Notes under the pieces: generated by a model
What the model saw: the letters and a program-made list of their open reading frames with translations, nothing else
The model's database searches: none
What the model was told of the DNA's origin: nothing
Part shown: positions 62,815 through 64,000 of the stretch, in pieces
Layout of the letters: each line of letters starts with the position of its first letter
Position numbering within the stretch: position 1 is the stretch's first letter
Made by a program: the position numbers and the translations under genes
Assembly (NCBI RefSeq): GCF_030684315.1
Contig: NC_081378.1
Coordinates: forward strand, 45,922,307-45,986,306
Length of the DNA: 64,000 nt
Direction: 5' to 3'
From: Stegostoma tigrinum
Lineage: Eukaryota

Positions 62815-63873
62815 ACACTTGTTTAAAGATGTAGGTAAGCTTGGCAGTCAATTTAATATCGCTAGCACAATATCTTTTGGGAAAAATCAGGAGAAATTAA
62901 CAGGGACACAGATGGACAAATTTAAATAAAATCTTCGCTAGCTCTCCTTTAACAACAGATAATGCTATCTTACTTGGTTTGAGTTTTTTGATGAGATAGC
63001 AGAGGAGGTAGACAAGTGCAATGTTAAAACGGTGTTTGATAAAGGATCATATATTAGACTTTTTAGGAGGTTTTGTGATGTTTTCAATGTTGAACCACAC
63101 AGGTTGATGCTATTCAAAGCATTGCCTTGAGGAACCAAAGAATGATTGTCACCTAGTTTTGCAAACAGAAAGCACACATACAAATGTTGCAACAGTTTGG
63201 ACTGAACAAAATAGGGAACAGGCAAAAATGTGTTTTTTTTTTAAAGTAACACTCAGCTTCTGCATGACCAAATGACAATTGGTAATATGAAAAGCATTGA
63301 TGGGACATGGGAAAAGAACAAACGAGACGACTAGCTGGATTGCTCATTAGACAAGACAGTGGAGACCTGAAGGGATGAATGGTGTCCTAGTGTGTAACTT
63401 CATTGTGGCCTTCTCCATCCTAGATTTACCCTATTCTACCAAATAATTGGCTTTTATCACAACTTCCTTGCCACACTTAGACAAAGTTTTTTAATCACAG
63501 CAATGCTTTTGTAAATAGGATCCATTTTAATGATCAAATTCATTCACCTATGAACAAAAAAGTGTTCACAAGGAATGCAGATAGGTACAAAAGGTTGTTT
63601 GAATTTTTTATTTGCTTCGCTCTTCGCTCAAAGTCAGTCATAAAGATGTTATTTCTTCCACAACTGGCACAGGGACAAAATTGGAGAAGGGACAGTTAAG
63701 AAAATCAATAACACAAGCATTATGGGGTTTAGTGTGGGGGTGCAATTGATCTGATAACTACTTCAGGCACAAGTCAACCTAGAATTAGCAACTACCCAAT
63801 TTACTCATTCCAATAGATTTGAACAACGACCCCTATGAATTATCACTCATTTGAGTTTTTTTTGGAATTACAG

Positions 63874-63944
63874 GTGAGAATGAGGAAAGTGCACAACAGC
63901 ATTTTTGGCAAGAGAAGCCAAATTGGAGAAAATTACTCGTCTAA
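63874..63944 (+). CDS. SPX: Probable SPX exon 6 (terminal)
   Basis: T-tract plus ttacAG, phase 1 compatible; GENEESAQQHFWQEKPNWRKLLV-TAA has an acidic start and an NW like other prospexin tails. Total CDS 366 nt. Confidence 0.7.
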
Positions 63945-64000
63945 CCTTTTGAAACACTTCTGCAAACTTGGGTTTTCTCCCCCACATCTACTAGATTTCA

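Overview
Eukaryotic, repeat-rich vertebrate DNA. The SINE/LINE repertoire points to a cartilaginous fish, probably a shark (inference). It carries the conserved RECQL(-) / GOLT1B(+) / SPX(+) block. RECQL is represented by one confident N-terminal coding exon and runs off the left edge. It shares a CpG-rich bidirectional promoter (~12.0-13.0 kb) with a complete 5-exon GOLT1B (138 aa). A 6-exon spexin precursor (about 121 aa) follows, with mature peptide NWTPQAMLYLKGAQ-GRR and a GC-AG intron 5. Most other sequence is transposon-derived: nested CR1, Rex1-like and L2-like LINEs, several tRNA-derived SINE families, and a decayed full-length Gypsy LTR element with integrase upstream of RT (Gmr1-like). 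Many Penelope-derived hairpin inserts carry minimal hammerhead-ribozyme motifs and 13-15 bp target-site duplications. The most striking object is a perfect 300-bp tandem array with one hammerhead core per unit (56021-57137), resembling a retrozyme, about 0.5 kb upstream of the SPX start codon. Almost all short ORFs in the supplied track are spurious or TE fragments. All calls were made by eye, without database searches.
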